Positions 17,916 through 27,609 are shown, numbered from the stretch's first letter. The stretch: 64,000 bases of DNA from a virus (IMGVR_UViG_3300008114_000011); one strand, 5' to 3'. The notes: generated from the letters alone by a model not told the origin. Made by a program: numbers and translations.

Positions 17916-18098
17916 ATGAAAGGAATAAACAATATTAAATCAACCTCATCAGTAGATAAATTTACCGATGATGTATGTGTTTTTAGAGAACATAATGAAC
18001 TAAGACTTGAGTTCGATTGTCAAGAAACAATCATTCTCACATTAACAAAAGAACAATCAGAACAAATGATTCTTATGTTAGAGAAAATGTATAAATAA
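17916..18098 (+). CDS. hypothetical small protein
   Basis: ORF. Confidence 0.35.
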   Translation: MKGINNIKSTSSVDKFTDDVCVFREHNELRLEFDCQETIILTLTKEQSEQMILMLEKMYK

Positions 18099-18099
18099 T

Positions 18100-18399
18100 A
18101 TGAGTTCTAAGAAACGGAGACAAGCATTAAGAAAATGCTCACACCCTATGAATATATTAGAGGGTAAAGGCGTAAAGTTTACATCCGGCCCATGGGAAGG
18201 TTGTGATGCAAATATAGGACGTAGAAGTAAAAAGGGTATTTGGGACATAACGGTTCGATACCCGAAAAATGGGTCTTATCAAACCAATATTTGGTGGGAT
18301 CTTCATAAAATAAAAGATAAACACCTATTTGAATATTCAGAAGATGTTAGAATACTTCTGAGAGATGTTAGATTAGCAAACTTATTAAAAACTTATTAA
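18100..18399 (+). CDS. small basic protein with RDVRLANLLKTY tail variant
   Basis: ORF. Confidence 0.5.
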   Translation: MSSKKRRQALRKCSHPMNILEGKGVKFTSGPWEGCDANIGRRSKKGIWDITVRYPKNGSYQTNIWWDLHKIKDKHLFEYSEDVRILLRDVRLANLLKTY

Positions 18400-18400
18400 A

Positions 18401-18637
18401 ATGAAAACACAAATAACAATAGATGTTAGTGCTCACCTACCTAATGGTAAGTTTATAGGTGATGAACAATTAAAAATGATTATATGGCAATTTGAGAATA
18501 TTGGTGGGAAATATATTAATTCTCAATATATCAGACCAGAAAATCTTTCTCAACAGCCTTATTATAGTTCAACATTTGAATTTGAGTGTAAGGAAGATCC
18601 TTCATTCTTCACCCCATTAAGTATGAAAGTTATTTAG
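18401..18637 (+). CDS. hypothetical small protein
   Basis: ORF. Confidence 0.4.
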   Translation: MKTQITIDVSAHLPNGKFIGDEQLKMIIWQFENIGGKYINSQYIRPENLSQQPYYSSTFEFECKEDPSFFTPLSMKVI

Positions 18638-18699
18638 ATTTTAATCATTTTTATTTGAAAAGAGTAACAAAGTTACTATATTTGTAAAAGAGTTAAACT

Positions 18700-19062
18700 A
18701 TGAATACCACCAATATTTTAAATAAGTTAAAAGATTTCTTAGAGAAACATGATTATGTAAAAGATGCATTCCCTGAAATCTTAGAGAAACATAATGTAAC
18801 CAATATTAAATCAGAGTTCGCTGATAAACTGGATACAATAACAGATCCATTCGAAAGACTTATAGTAGGAATGCATATGGTGGACCTCATCGATGAAGAC
18901 CAGGCAGATGATCAAGTCCTATCCGACCTAAATGAAAGACACCAATCTCTTATTAAGGTTTGGTTATATATGAATGATAACAAAATACAAAGAGCAGAAG
19001 AATCTTTAAGAGTATATCTGGCTCAGATAAGAGATTCGAGACTTACACATTTAGGTATATAA
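18700..19062 (+). CDS. small protein with RDSRLTHLGI tail
   Basis: family tail; TAnnTTTG box upstream. Confidence 0.55.
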   Translation: MNTTNILNKLKDFLEKHDYVKDAFPEILEKHNVTNIKSEFADKLDTITDPFERLIVGMHMVDLIDEDQADDQVLSDLNERHQSLIKVWLYMNDNKIQRAEESLRVYLAQIRDSRLTHLGI

Positions 19063-19074
19063 TCTATTAAAACT

Positions 19075-19332
19075 ATGAAATTCGAAATAGACTTCAACGA
19101 TACTCATTACCAAAATGATGATCTCCTAATAAAATTAGGAGCCAAATTAGTACCCACTGGAAGTACTAAATATCCACCATTTGAAGTATTCGAAATTGAA
19201 ATCGATAGTTTAGATAAACTAAAAGATATTACTGAGATCGTAGATGAAGAACTCTACGCAATATCAAGTTTAGTTATATCATTTGATCCAGCAACTATAT
19301 TTATAGATTTCATGGAGAAAAAGAGATACTAA
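19075..19332 (+). CDS. hypothetical small acidic protein
   Basis: ORF. Confidence 0.4.
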   Translation: MKFEIDFNDTHYQNDDLLIKLGAKLVPTGSTKYPPFEVFEIEIDSLDKLKDITEIVDEELYAISSLVISFDPATIFIDFMEKKRY

Positions 19333-19667
19333 TGGATTATAGTACAGATTTAAATACTTTTACTAGCCAAAAAGTATTCAACTATGGTACTGATTGCCAA
19401 TTTTACCATGAGTTAAAGTCGCATTATGAGTGGAATATAACTCTTGATGGGTTTTATGATGATGAATACTCTGGTTGGAGATGGTCTATTAATATTAGTT
19501 ATCCAGGTGGAACTATGATGTGTGGTGGTTATGGAGATAATAATGAGATTCTATTTAAAACATATAAGGATGCTTTAGAATACGCAATTGAAATTATCTG
19601 TGGAAACAGATCTGATGGTAAAGAATTAAGAAGAGATATGAGATTAAAATTAATATTAGAATTATGA
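19332..19667 (+). CDS. small protein with RDMRLKLILEL tail variant
   Basis: ORF. Confidence 0.5.
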   Translation: MDYSTDLNTFTSQKVFNYGTDCQFYHELKSHYEWNITLDGFYDDEYSGWRWSINISYPGGTMMCGGYGDNNEILFKTYKDALEYAIEIICGNRSDGKELRRDMRLKLILEL

Positions 19668-19823
19668 ATATATTCCAAATAAGAGAAATAATTGCTGAGA
19701 GTGGTAGACTAAAAGTTAAAGAAGTATTAGAATACTTTGAAAGTCTTCACCCTCAAGCTGATCCTAAAATCGTGGAGGAACAAGCTAAAGAAATGATTAA
19801 AGAAGCTAAAAAATACATATAAA

Positions 19824-20084
19824 ATGAAAAATGTAATCTTAGGTGGTCTTATCACCATCATAACACTCGCTCTATTTAGTTATACAACAACTGATAATAG
19901 TCGCACCAATTATAATCATAGAACGATTTACAACATCCCTCTTAAACAAAGGAGAGTAATTACAACGAATGATATCAAAGTAGTAAATAAACTCGTTAAA
20001 GGAGGTTATAGAGTCGAATTCGTTACAGAGAATTGGTATAATAGTAATGGATCAGAAACAACTTATACTCTAATCTTATACTAA
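19824..20084 (+). CDS. small protein with N-terminal TM/signal
   Basis: hydrophobic N-terminus. Confidence 0.45.
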   Translation: MKNVILGGLITIITLALFSYTTTDNSRTNYNHRTIYNIPLKQRRVITTNDIKVVNKLVKGGYRVEFVTENWYNSNGSETTYTLILY

Positions 20085-20245
20085 AGATGAAAAAATTAAT
20101 TTATTCACCAGCCATTTCACTAATACTACATATTTTTATGTTTTATATGTTGTGGTTTTATTGGTCACTTCCAATGATTATAGTTTGGTCTATTTTTCTT
20201 GTAATTTACAATGAGAGAAGATACAATTGGAAAAAGTCCAGAAAA

Positions 20246-20271
20246 TACTAAAATCCGCACGTTTTTTAGTA
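20246..20271 (+). repeat. 26-nt GC-cored inverted-repeat element, orientation A (TACTAAAATCCGCACGTTTTTTAGTA)
   Basis: copy 1 of 8. Confidence 0.8.
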
Positions 20272-20364
20272 TTTTACTACGTAAAAATCTAAACTAAGTT
20301 TAGTATACCTGAGCTTGTGAAATCCAGATAAAATGCTTATCTTTGTTAATAATAATTTTATTAT

Positions 20365-20598
20365 ATGACAAAGTCCGAAATATTCAAATCTCAATTTCCC
20401 GATTTTTGTGGAACTCTTGGTTTCTATACTGAAGATTGCCAAATGGTAAACTTCATCGATGTTGAATCTGATATAGTTGAATTTGCAACATTAGTACCTA
20501 TGAGTTGTTCTAAAACCAAAGCACATTCAATTACATTATCCGAACTACTTGATGAAATGCCGGATAATGATTTTGAAAAATTCCTTGAAATTTTTTAA
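20365..20598 (+). CDS. hypothetical small protein
   Basis: ORF in repeat-delimited cassette. Confidence 0.4.
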   Translation: MTKSEIFKSQFPDFCGTLGFYTEDCQMVNFIDVESDIVEFATLVPMSCSKTKAHSITLSELLDEMPDNDFEKFLEIF

Positions 20599-20608
20599 AT
20601 TATAAGAT

Positions 20609-20965
20609 ATGGCATCTAAGAAAGCTAGAAAAAAGTTAAGACCCAAAGAAGATAAACAAAATTATCTAAAAGCTTATGTTTCATGGGACTTTGGGTTTAA
20701 ATCATTCAGAATATTAAATCGTGATAATTTTGATGTTATTTCAGAAAGAAAACTAATTAAAGATGGTAAACAATGCTGGTTTGATCTATCTAACGTTAAA
20801 GATGAAGTTGAAAGATATGCCACAGAAAGAGATTTATCTACATGGGGTTTAGGAGAATTATACCAATGTATCGATGATGAAGGGTTTAGTTATTCACATA
20901 AAGATCCTAACTTAGAAGGAGTTAAATCAAAGGCGAAACAAAAATCAATTATATTGATAGATTAA
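20609..20965 (+). CDS. hypothetical basic protein
   Basis: ORF. Confidence 0.45.
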   Translation: MASKKARKKLRPKEDKQNYLKAYVSWDFGFKSFRILNRDNFDVISERKLIKDGKQCWFDLSNVKDEVERYATERDLSTWGLGELYQCIDDEGFSYSHKDPNLEGVKSKAKQKSIILID

Positions 20966-20977
20966 AATATAATACAT

Positions 20978-21163
20978 ATGAAAGTAAGAAAAGGTGATAG
21001 TGTTAAGTTATTAAACGGCTTTAAAGAGACTATAAATGAAATTGATGTACATAAAGGTAAATTCAATATAAATGGTGAATATAATTATATGTCATTTATT
21101 ATTGCTGATATTATAGAATTAAATGGCGTAGATGTTAGATATAATACAAATTTGACTTTTTAA
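20978..21163 (+). CDS. hypothetical small protein
   Basis: ORF. Confidence 0.35.
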   Translation: MKVRKGDSVKLLNGFKETINEIDVHKGKFNINGEYNYMSFIIADIIELNGVDVRYNTNLTF

Positions 21164-21432
21164 AAAAATAAACTATGATAGCAATTATTCTTATACCAAT
21201 AATAATCACCAGTTTCCTTATCGGGAAATATACAGAGAGATTTCAATGGAATAAACTAATCAAATTAGGTAGAATTCCTAAACCAAATAACCCTAATCTA
21301 AATCATTCAGATTATTGGGCAAATAACTAGACTAAACAAACTAAAACATAAATATATGGAATACTTAGCTTATACATTTTTTGGAATGGTTATATACATT
21401 CTTGCTTATTTACTATTAAAACCTGAGAAATA

Positions 21433-21657
21433 ATGAATTTAGCAGACCAAATGAAAGCTGATATTAACTTTAATAAGATAATATCACAACTACAAAGAGA
21501 ATTCTCTTCCGGTAAATCTCAAGTTCTTATTGATAGCAACCTTTTAGAGAATAACATACAACGCCTTAGAGACGAAGGCTTCCATGTTGATACTGATGGT
21601 TTCCAATATAATGGTGGTGCCTACGTTTCATTCAAGAAGAAAAATCAATGGATGTAA
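21433..21657 (+). CDS. hypothetical small protein
   Basis: ORF. Confidence 0.4.
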   Translation: MNLADQMKADINFNKIISQLQREFSSGKSQVLIDSNLLENNIQRLRDEGFHVDTDGFQYNGGAYVSFKKKNQWM

Positions 21658-21664
21658 ATCAGAT

Positions 21665-21982
21665 ATGATTAAAAATCCAAAATTTACTCAGATTGGTGAA
21701 GAAGTTCATGATGATATAATTGAACTAATTCAGGATATTACTGTTTCTGGTATTCATTATTCTTCAAAGCCATATAGTAATTGTGAAATCAAAATAAAGA
21801 GTATTCTACTTACACTCGTATTTGGTAAATGGTCATATCTTATCAATTATGAAATAGGTGATAAAAATATGAATTTCTATACTTCTGAGAGACATAGTTC
21901 ATTAGATAATAAAATTGAAGAATATTTAGATAAACATATGACCCAAATAATAAGGGATGAGAAAATAAGAGAAATACTTTGA
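21665..21982 (+). CDS. small protein with RDEKIREIL tail variant (ORF-track start 21584 overlaps upstream gene)
   Basis: internal ATG. Confidence 0.45.
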   Translation: MIKNPKFTQIGEEVHDDIIELIQDITVSGIHYSSKPYSNCEIKIKSILLTLVFGKWSYLINYEIGDKNMNFYTSERHSSLDNKIEEYLDKHMTQIIRDEKIREIL

Positions 21983-22410
21983 AAATGGTCTTTACCATGT
22001 CAATGAAACAAAAAACAAACCAAATGATTAACACACGTATCTTCAATATAAAGTCATTTAAAGGGTTCACCTTAGGTAAAGAGTATCTTATATTAGATAA
22101 CTCACCAGGGACTAAGAAATCACACGAAATCATTGGCTCAAATGATCATGACTGGATAGCATTCCACTATCAATATGATGGATATGTAAGTCCATATGAG
22201 TATTTTGATTACCTATCTAAAAGGAACGCTATGCGTAAAAAGAAAATAGGCAAACAAAAGAATGAAAAGAAAGAAAGATTCTATATCATAGATGATTTTG
22301 GAAAAAGAAGATCATTCACAAGAAATGAATTAAATATGATATTCACTAATAATAGTGATGATATAACTTTAGAAATACGTAACGCTAAACTAAATACTTT
22401 AAATATATGA
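21979..22410 (+). CDS. small protein (FTLGKEYLIL core) with RNAKLNTLNI tail
   Basis: family motifs. Confidence 0.5.
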   Translation: MKMVFTMSMKQKTNQMINTRIFNIKSFKGFTLGKEYLILDNSPGTKKSHEIIGSNDHDWIAFHYQYDGYVSPYEYFDYLSKRNAMRKKKIGKQKNEKKERFYIIDDFGKRRSFTRNELNMIFTNNSDDITLEIRNAKLNTLNI

Positions 22411-22736
22411 TAGATTTATTAGAAATAATACTTATAGTAGGATTATTGGTATTCACATTTTTTCTTTTTACCACACTTTGGTTATTAATTAAATACCCAA
22501 AGTATGCAAATAAAATGATAAGTAAAATGATATGGGGTAAAGAGTGGGTTAAAAAGAATAAAAAACTAAATCCATAAGAAGTTGTTTTTATGAAATAAAA
22601 ACCCTACTCACTTGTGAGAGTCATATAAAATGACTATCTTTATAATGTCAATGAGAACATCGAAGACGGGTCCGTATAACTCCAATACGTAGAGGGTAAA
22701 CTCCAACCTGCTTATATAAATAATAAAACAAATAAA

Positions 22737-22762
22737 TACTAAAAAACGTGCGGATTTTAGTA
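22737..22762 (-). repeat. 26-nt element, orientation B (TACTAAAAAACGTGCGGATTTTAGTA)
   Basis: copy 2. Confidence 0.8.
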
Positions 22763-22780
22763 TTTTGTCTCATTTTTATT

Positions 22781-22788
22781 TATATTTG
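22781..22788 (+). promoter_or_regulatory. -7 box within conserved promoter TTATATTTGTATAAACTAAA (copy 1), 20 nt after a 26-nt repeat
   Basis: identical 20-mer at 23979-23998. Confidence 0.45.
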
Positions 22789-22834
22789 TATAAACTAAAT
22801 GTTATGGCTAAAACTAATACTAAATTAAATAGAA

Positions 22835-23041
22835 ATGGAAAAGTTTTTTAAAATACTAATAATAGTTTGTGCAATATTTATAGTTGTGAATAATTACCAA
22901 AATGGAATTGATAAAAATTACCCAATAATGCAATTAGGTGTAACATCTTTATGGATGTTGGTATCTTTTATTCTGTATAAAAGTATTAATAGTAAAGGTA
23001 AACTAAAAAGAAAACCTTTAAATTTTGAGGAAAAATACTAA
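22835..23041 (+). CDS. small membrane protein (2 TM)
   Basis: ORF flanked on both sides by the 26-nt repeat. Confidence 0.4.
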   Translation: MEKFFKILIIVCAIFIVVNNYQNGIDKNYPIMQLGVTSLWMLVSFILYKSINSKGKLKRKPLNFEEKY

Positions 23042-23061
23042 AAAACGTGCGGATTTTAGTA
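23036..23061 (-). repeat. 26-nt element, orientation B
   Basis: copy 3. Confidence 0.8.
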
Positions 23062-23107
23062 TAATCTAAACAAAGTTTAGTATATTTGTTCTACAAAACA
23101 AGTTCCT

Positions 23108-23386
23108 ATGAAAACTACCGAAGAATATAAAATGGATACTTTCCGTATGTGGGAAGGAGACTGCCACCCAGCTATATACAAGAAAAATAAAAAAGGTGAA
23201 TGGGATTACCTATTCCTCGTCAGTAGCAAAGAAGAGGGACAGGCATACCTGGAAGACCACTCCACCATAAAGAGACGATACATTCAGGACCGCGTACTAA
23301 TCTACACCCTTTTCGTGATACCAGCGTCAGCTCTGTTGTTATGGTCAATAATAGTAGGTATATTGGCAGTAACCGGGAATATGTAA
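23108..23386 (+). CDS. small membrane-anchored protein, GC-rich
   Basis: ORF; C-terminal TM. Confidence 0.45.
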   Translation: MKTTEEYKMDTFRMWEGDCHPAIYKKNKKGEWDYLFLVSSKEEGQAYLEDHSTIKRRYIQDRVLIYTLFVIPASALLLWSIIVGILAVTGNM

Positions 23387-23421
23387 TCAAGATTTAATGT
23401 AGGTAAAATTATTTTATTAAA

Positions 23422-23715
23422 ATGAAAACACATTTGACTAACCCCAAGACAAATAAAACATTAGTCTTGGACCACAATATAGAACAGACTGTTTTTGATT
23501 CAATATTTAATGATTCAAAAGAATTGTTTTATAATAAACAAGAAGAAATTGAAGAAATATATGGTGTTTCTTTTGATTTATGTGATTTGAAAATTGATGG
23601 TGAATTATTATATGGTTATTTTATCAACGATTTAACTTCAGATGAAATTTTAGAAGAAATATTTAACGATTTAAATAAATTCATCATAGATAATATTGGA
23701 GAAGTAATAAACTAA
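23422..23715 (+). CDS. hypothetical acidic protein
   Basis: ORF. Confidence 0.45.
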   Translation: MKTHLTNPKTNKTLVLDHNIEQTVFDSIFNDSKELFYNKQEEIEEIYGVSFDLCDLKIDGELLYGYFINDLTSDEILEEIFNDLNKFIIDNIGEVIN

Positions 23716-23728
23716 AAGAATTAGGAAT

Positions 23729-23932
23729 ATGGACCAACAAATGAATATTATATGTATAGCTGAAGGTACTTACAAAATAACTAAAGGCAAGACCTACCAA
23801 GTAAACGCACATTCAACTCACCAATATTGGATCATAGATGATGAAGGTCATATGCAATTGATAGGTAAAGACTTTTTCAGAACACAACAAGAAATAAGAG
23901 AAGAGAAGTTAAATGAACTTGGAATAATCTAA
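23729..23932 (+). CDS. family member (NIICIAEGTYKITKGKTYQV, REEKLNELGII)
   Basis: family motifs. Confidence 0.65.
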   Translation: MDQQMNIICIAEGTYKITKGKTYQVNAHSTHQYWIIDDEGHMQLIGKDFFRTQQEIREEKLNELGII

Positions 23933-23945
23933 ATTTTACTAATAA

Positions 23946-23971
23946 AATACTAAAATCCGCACGTTTTTTAG
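23946..23971 (+). repeat. 26-nt element, orientation A
   Basis: copy 4. Confidence 0.8.
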
Positions 23972-23980
23972 TATTTATTT

Positions 23981-23988
23981 CTTATATT
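23981..23988 (+). promoter_or_regulatory. -7 box within conserved promoter TTATATTTGTATAAACTAAA (copy 2)
   Basis: identical 20-mer at 22779-22798. Confidence 0.45.
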
Positions 23989-24012
23989 TGTATAAACTAA
24001 AAATAAACAACC

Positions 24013-24177
24013 ATGATAACCTTATTCAAAAAACTATTCAATAAAGATTGTAATCACAAGTGGGAACTTGTACAAAACGATAAAAAACTAAATATCAAAG
24101 TCCACCAATGTGACAATTGCAATAAAAGAAAATTAAATGTATCAACATCATTCGGTAATGAAGTAATTGAATTATAA
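24013..24177 (+). CDS. 54-aa zinc-ribbon-like protein (below ORF-track cutoff)
   Basis: ATG 24013 sits ~25 nt after TAnnTTTG box at 23981; CNHKW..HQCDNCNKRK. Confidence 0.3.
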   Translation: MITLFKKLFNKDCNHKWELVQNDKKLNIKVHQCDNCNKRKLNVSTSFGNEVIEL

Positions 24178-24500
24178 TCTTAAAGGTTAGATACAAACCT
24201 AATCAGCGTCCATCTCCATAATCCAATAGGAGGCAAATATATCTAACCTTCAATGAAACTAAGGCATTGAGCCAAGATGCTGTTAGTGTGCGTTATTTAT
24301 TAGTAGAATGGCTTGAGGGCAACCCTATTATCGAATGTTTAGAGTATTGGAGTAATCTACCTAAATACGAAGGTTTTAAAATAGAACACACTATTTGTCG
24401 TATTACTAATGCACACTAACGTATCGGGGCTTTGCGTAGTAGTCCTTAGTAGAAACTTAAAATTAACCACGACACTTGATAGGGCTATTACACAAAGCCC

Positions 24501-24731
24501 TTGTTATGTGCCGTTAAATTTCACAAAATGAGATACGAAGAAAAAATTATCGAACACACAGAAGAAGAAACAGACTTCTTACCACTCAAAGAAGCAATAG
24601 TGAATATCGAATTTTCTCAAGGTGACTTGATTGAAATGAGAGATATTTTAAGACAATTTAAGCCTAATTTATGGGCAAAAGGATTGTTGTCAGATATAGA
24701 AGCCACACTCGAAAAGGTGTCGGTGTATTAA
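24501..24731 (+). CDS. hypothetical small protein
   Basis: ORF between two GC-richer non-coding segments. Confidence 0.35.
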   Translation: MLCAVKFHKMRYEEKIIEHTEEETDFLPLKEAIVNIEFSQGDLIEMRDILRQFKPNLWAKGLLSDIEATLEKVSVY

Positions 24732-24871
24732 TGGCCCGTTTTGCGGTTTTGTGTTAGGCTACGAAGCCTTGGCATTGAGCGGTCGAGCAGCTTGCACAAA
24801 ACCGCTGTTATACGCTGGCACGGGTAATTTAGTAGGAACTTAATTTGAAACACAAATAAAAATCAAAAGCA

Positions 24872-25174
24872 ATGGCAACAGTAATTTATGAAATACCAAA
24901 CTCCGTAAAGGAAATGTTTGAACAAGGCGAAAATAGTTATCGCATTATTGACTATTCAATACAGGAAATGGATAACATCCAAAGTATGCAACATTTCCTT
25001 GACTGTATAGGTGCAACAACGGATAATATCGAAACAGATGATGGAACGCAAGTAGTAGTAATTCATCCCGATTTTGACCACAAACTTGTAATTGATAGTG
25101 GTGGGTTGGGTGATTTTTATTCTCACGGTTATGACGTAACTCTCTATTCGGAAACGGTCAGTAGTGCTTGTTAA
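24872..25174 (+). CDS. hypothetical acidic protein
   Basis: ORF. Confidence 0.4.
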   Translation: MATVIYEIPNSVKEMFEQGENSYRIIDYSIQEMDNIQSMQHFLDCIGATTDNIETDDGTQVVVIHPDFDHKLVIDSGGLGDFYSHGYDVTLYSETVSSAC

Positions 25175-25188
25175 ATATAAAAAACATC

Positions 25189-25398
25189 ATGAAAGATTAC
25201 AAGAAAGGTGATGAATTCACATCTAAAAACTCAGGGACTATTTCAACAATAATAGAGATTGCATCGGAAGATGTCCTAAACTGGTACGGATTAGAAGGTC
25301 CAGCGTTCTGGATAAATGAGAATGGAAGCTCTCAATTAAGACTTTGTACCATAGAAGGCCTCAAAGAACTATTCATTATACCCGAAGAGAAAAAATAG
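25189..25398 (+). CDS. hypothetical small protein
   Basis: ORF (probable start MKDYKKGDEF). Confidence 0.4.
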   Translation: MKDYKKGDEFTSKNSGTISTIIEIASEDVLNWYGLEGPAFWINENGSSQLRLCTIEGLKELFIIPEEKK

Positions 25399-25474
25399 GT
25401 TTCTGACTTCGTGGAAAAATAGTGAACCTTCGTTAACTCAGGTACTAAACTTCGTTTAGAGTTTCTAAAGAAAC

Positions 25475-25500
25475 TACTAAAATCCGTGCGGATTTTAGTA
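25475..25500 (+). repeat. 26-nt element variant (TACTAAAATCCGTGCGGATTTTAGTA, near-perfect palindrome)
   Basis: copy 5. Confidence 0.7.
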
Positions 25501-25584
25501 TCATTAGCTTGTGATATACAGATAAAATCATTATCTTTATACTCACAGAGTGAGAGTATAAAATACTAAAACAAAATAAGAGAT

Positions 25585-26004
25585 ATGAACCTTGACACTA
25601 TAATAAAATCACAAATAATCGGATTAGAAATCGGAATAATAAACGTTATCAAAACAACCGAGTTTAACGTACACGCAATCGCAAACGAATTATCCGATAT
25701 ATTAGGTAAAGAAAATATCCAAATATTCAAAGTTGGTACCCACACAGGTATATCAATACCAGAAATCGTTAAACAATTCGATAACTTCGACTACTCTAAA
25801 CCAATCATAATCGTTACAAACAAAGACGCAATCTATAAACATATCATACCAAGAAACGGTAAAGTAATTCAATCTAAATGCCCAAAAACAGGCTTCCTAA
25901 TCCTAAACGATGTTAAATGGAAATTCACACGTTTCCAATCTACTTTCGAAGGAACAATAACTCAACTAAGAAGAGATTACCAATTAGAAACACTAATAAA
26001 TTAA
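25585..26004 (+). CDS. hypothetical protein with RRDYQLETLIN tail variant
   Basis: ORF. Confidence 0.5.
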   Translation: MNLDTIIKSQIIGLEIGIINVIKTTEFNVHAIANELSDILGKENIQIFKVGTHTGISIPEIVKQFDNFDYSKPIIIVTNKDAIYKHIIPRNGKVIQSKCPKTGFLILNDVKWKFTRFQSTFEGTITQLRRDYQLETLIN

Positions 26005-26019
26005 AAAATAGGTTAGGTG

Positions 26020-26093
26020 GGTAGCTCAACTGGAAAGAGCCTCTCATTAAGAGAGAGATTAAGGTTCGAATCCTGTCCCTTCTGACCTATACT
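26020..26093 (+). tRNA. tRNA-like element, possibly degenerate or partial (GTAGCTCAACTGG D-arm, GGTTCGAATCC T-arm, candidate TAA anticodon)
   Basis: D-arm, anticodon hairpin CTCTC-ATTAAGA-GAGAG and T-arm are recognisable but the acceptor stem pairs poorly. Confidence 0.35.
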
Positions 26094-26108
26094 AAACTTC
26101 AGAGAAGA

Positions 26109-26134
26109 TACTAAAATCCGCACGTTTTTTAGTA
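26109..26134 (+). repeat. 26-nt element, orientation A
   Basis: copy 6, directly after the tRNA-like element. Confidence 0.8.
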
Positions 26135-26348
26135 TCTTCTTTAGTTCTGATTGATCCGAGCCGCCCGAAATCACCGATTAAAATTGTTAAAAACCAGGTA
26201 AAAACCCAGTGGATTTTTTACTGAAAAATGACCCTCTGGAAACGTAAGCAGGTCAAGGCTTTCCGAGAGGTGTGTATATACAAATTGGTGCTGAAAATAA
26301 GGCTACTGGTAGAGAAAATGAAATGGCGATAGAGTTTACACAAAAATA

Positions 26349-26374
26349 TACTAAAAAACGACCGGATTTTAGTA
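26349..26374 (-). repeat. 26-nt element variant (TACTAAAAAACGACCGGATTTTAGTA)
   Basis: copy 7. Confidence 0.65.
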
Positions 26375-26389
26375 TGTTGAAAAATAAGG

Positions 26390-26415
26390 TACTAAAAAGT
26401 GTGCGGAATTTAGTA
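26390..26415 (-). repeat. 26-nt element variant (TACTAAAAAGTGTGCGGAATTTAGTA)
   Basis: copy 8. Confidence 0.6.
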
Positions 26416-26571
26416 TTAACTAAAAGTGAAGTATGACTTTGAAATCGTTCCATTCAAATTAAATCAAAACTAATTCAAATTCTATAAACGTAAAATTGTT
26501 CACATTACACTATAATTTATTTTTATTATTCGTATAGAGTTCTTATATTTATTAAATCAAAACGAAAATAT

Positions 26572-26913
26572 ATGAATGTATTTGATCTAAAAAACAAAAA
26601 GGGATATTTCTTTGACGGATTTACACTTCTTTCTGGTTATATCGGTGGTGGTGAATCAGTATATAGTAGATACTTATCAGGTAAAGTTATTTATGACAAA
26701 CCAGTTTGGTTTTCCAGAACTTGGAGACACGGTTATAAATACGATAATTGGGATTTTAGTAATTTTGAATTCATACCATACGATACATTCAAAAACTTAG
26801 AAACTTATCTTAAATTCATTGAGAAAGCAACCTACAATGAAATTAAAATGTACTTCAAATTGAAAGAGGTAATGAAGTCAGAAGACTTTATAGAATGTGG
26901 GATTAAATTATAA
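26572..26913 (+). CDS. hypothetical protein
   Basis: ORF. Confidence 0.45.
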   Translation: MNVFDLKNKKGYFFDGFTLLSGYIGGGESVYSRYLSGKVIYDKPVWFSRTWRHGYKYDNWDFSNFEFIPYDTFKNLETYLKFIEKATYNEIKMYFKLKEVMKSEDFIECGIKL

Positions 26914-27144
26914 AATAATATGAAACAGATTAATTTATTACTGGATAAGATTTCTAACATTCTTCTGAGTTAGAGGTTATAGTTTATACCAAGGGTATAG
27001 ATTTATTAAATGAGATGTATTAAAATTTTTTTACCTAACGGTAAGAAGTAGTTATTTTTTATTTATATTTGTAGAAATATCTCACTATGAAAGGACACAA
27101 TAGTTATGTGGGAATTAGGTTTATTTAATGGTAATTTATAAGTT

Positions 27145-27609
27145 ATGGAAGGTAGATTATTTAAGGTTGATGATGTTTGGAGGTTAGTCAATTCAAAGAA
27201 TTCAATAATAGCAACGAGTGATTTAGAGTATCAGAGAGCTTTTAGGTGTTATAAACTATCTAATGATAATTGTGAGTTTATATATGATTATGAAAAAATA
27301 TACAATGATTTTAAATTAAATAATCAGTATTGGTTTGCTAAACTTAAAGATGGTAGTATTTTATCTTGTGGATATGGATTAGTTGAAAACGAATTTAATG
27401 GTGATACTTGGTTTGAAATTGGTAAAATAATACCAGATGAGTTGAAAAGTATAGATGGGTATTATACTTTTGATGAGACTCATGATTTAATTAATAATAA
27501 TGGTATAAAAATTGGTAAATTAAGTGATATTGGATATAATAGTCATCCAGATGAAAATAGTTTTGTTCTGATACCTAAATCTGATATTATTGAAACTTAT
27601 TTCAAATAG
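27145..27609 (+). CDS. hypothetical protein
   Basis: ORF; TAnnTTTG box at ~27070. Confidence 0.45.
   Translation: MEGRLFKVDDVWRLVNSKNSIIATSDLEYQRAFRCYKLSNDNCEFIYDYEKIYNDFKLNNQYWFAKLKDGSILSCGYGLVENEFNGDTWFEIGKIIPDELKSIDGYYTFDETHDLINNNGIKIGKLSDIGYNSHPDENSFVLIPKSDIIETYFK

Noticed and set aside
26253-26800. ORFs 26253..26453 (-) and 26612..26800 (+)
   Set aside because: The first lies in a repeat-rich non-coding region and is hydrophobic low-complexity. The second is an alternative frame inside gene 26572..26913.
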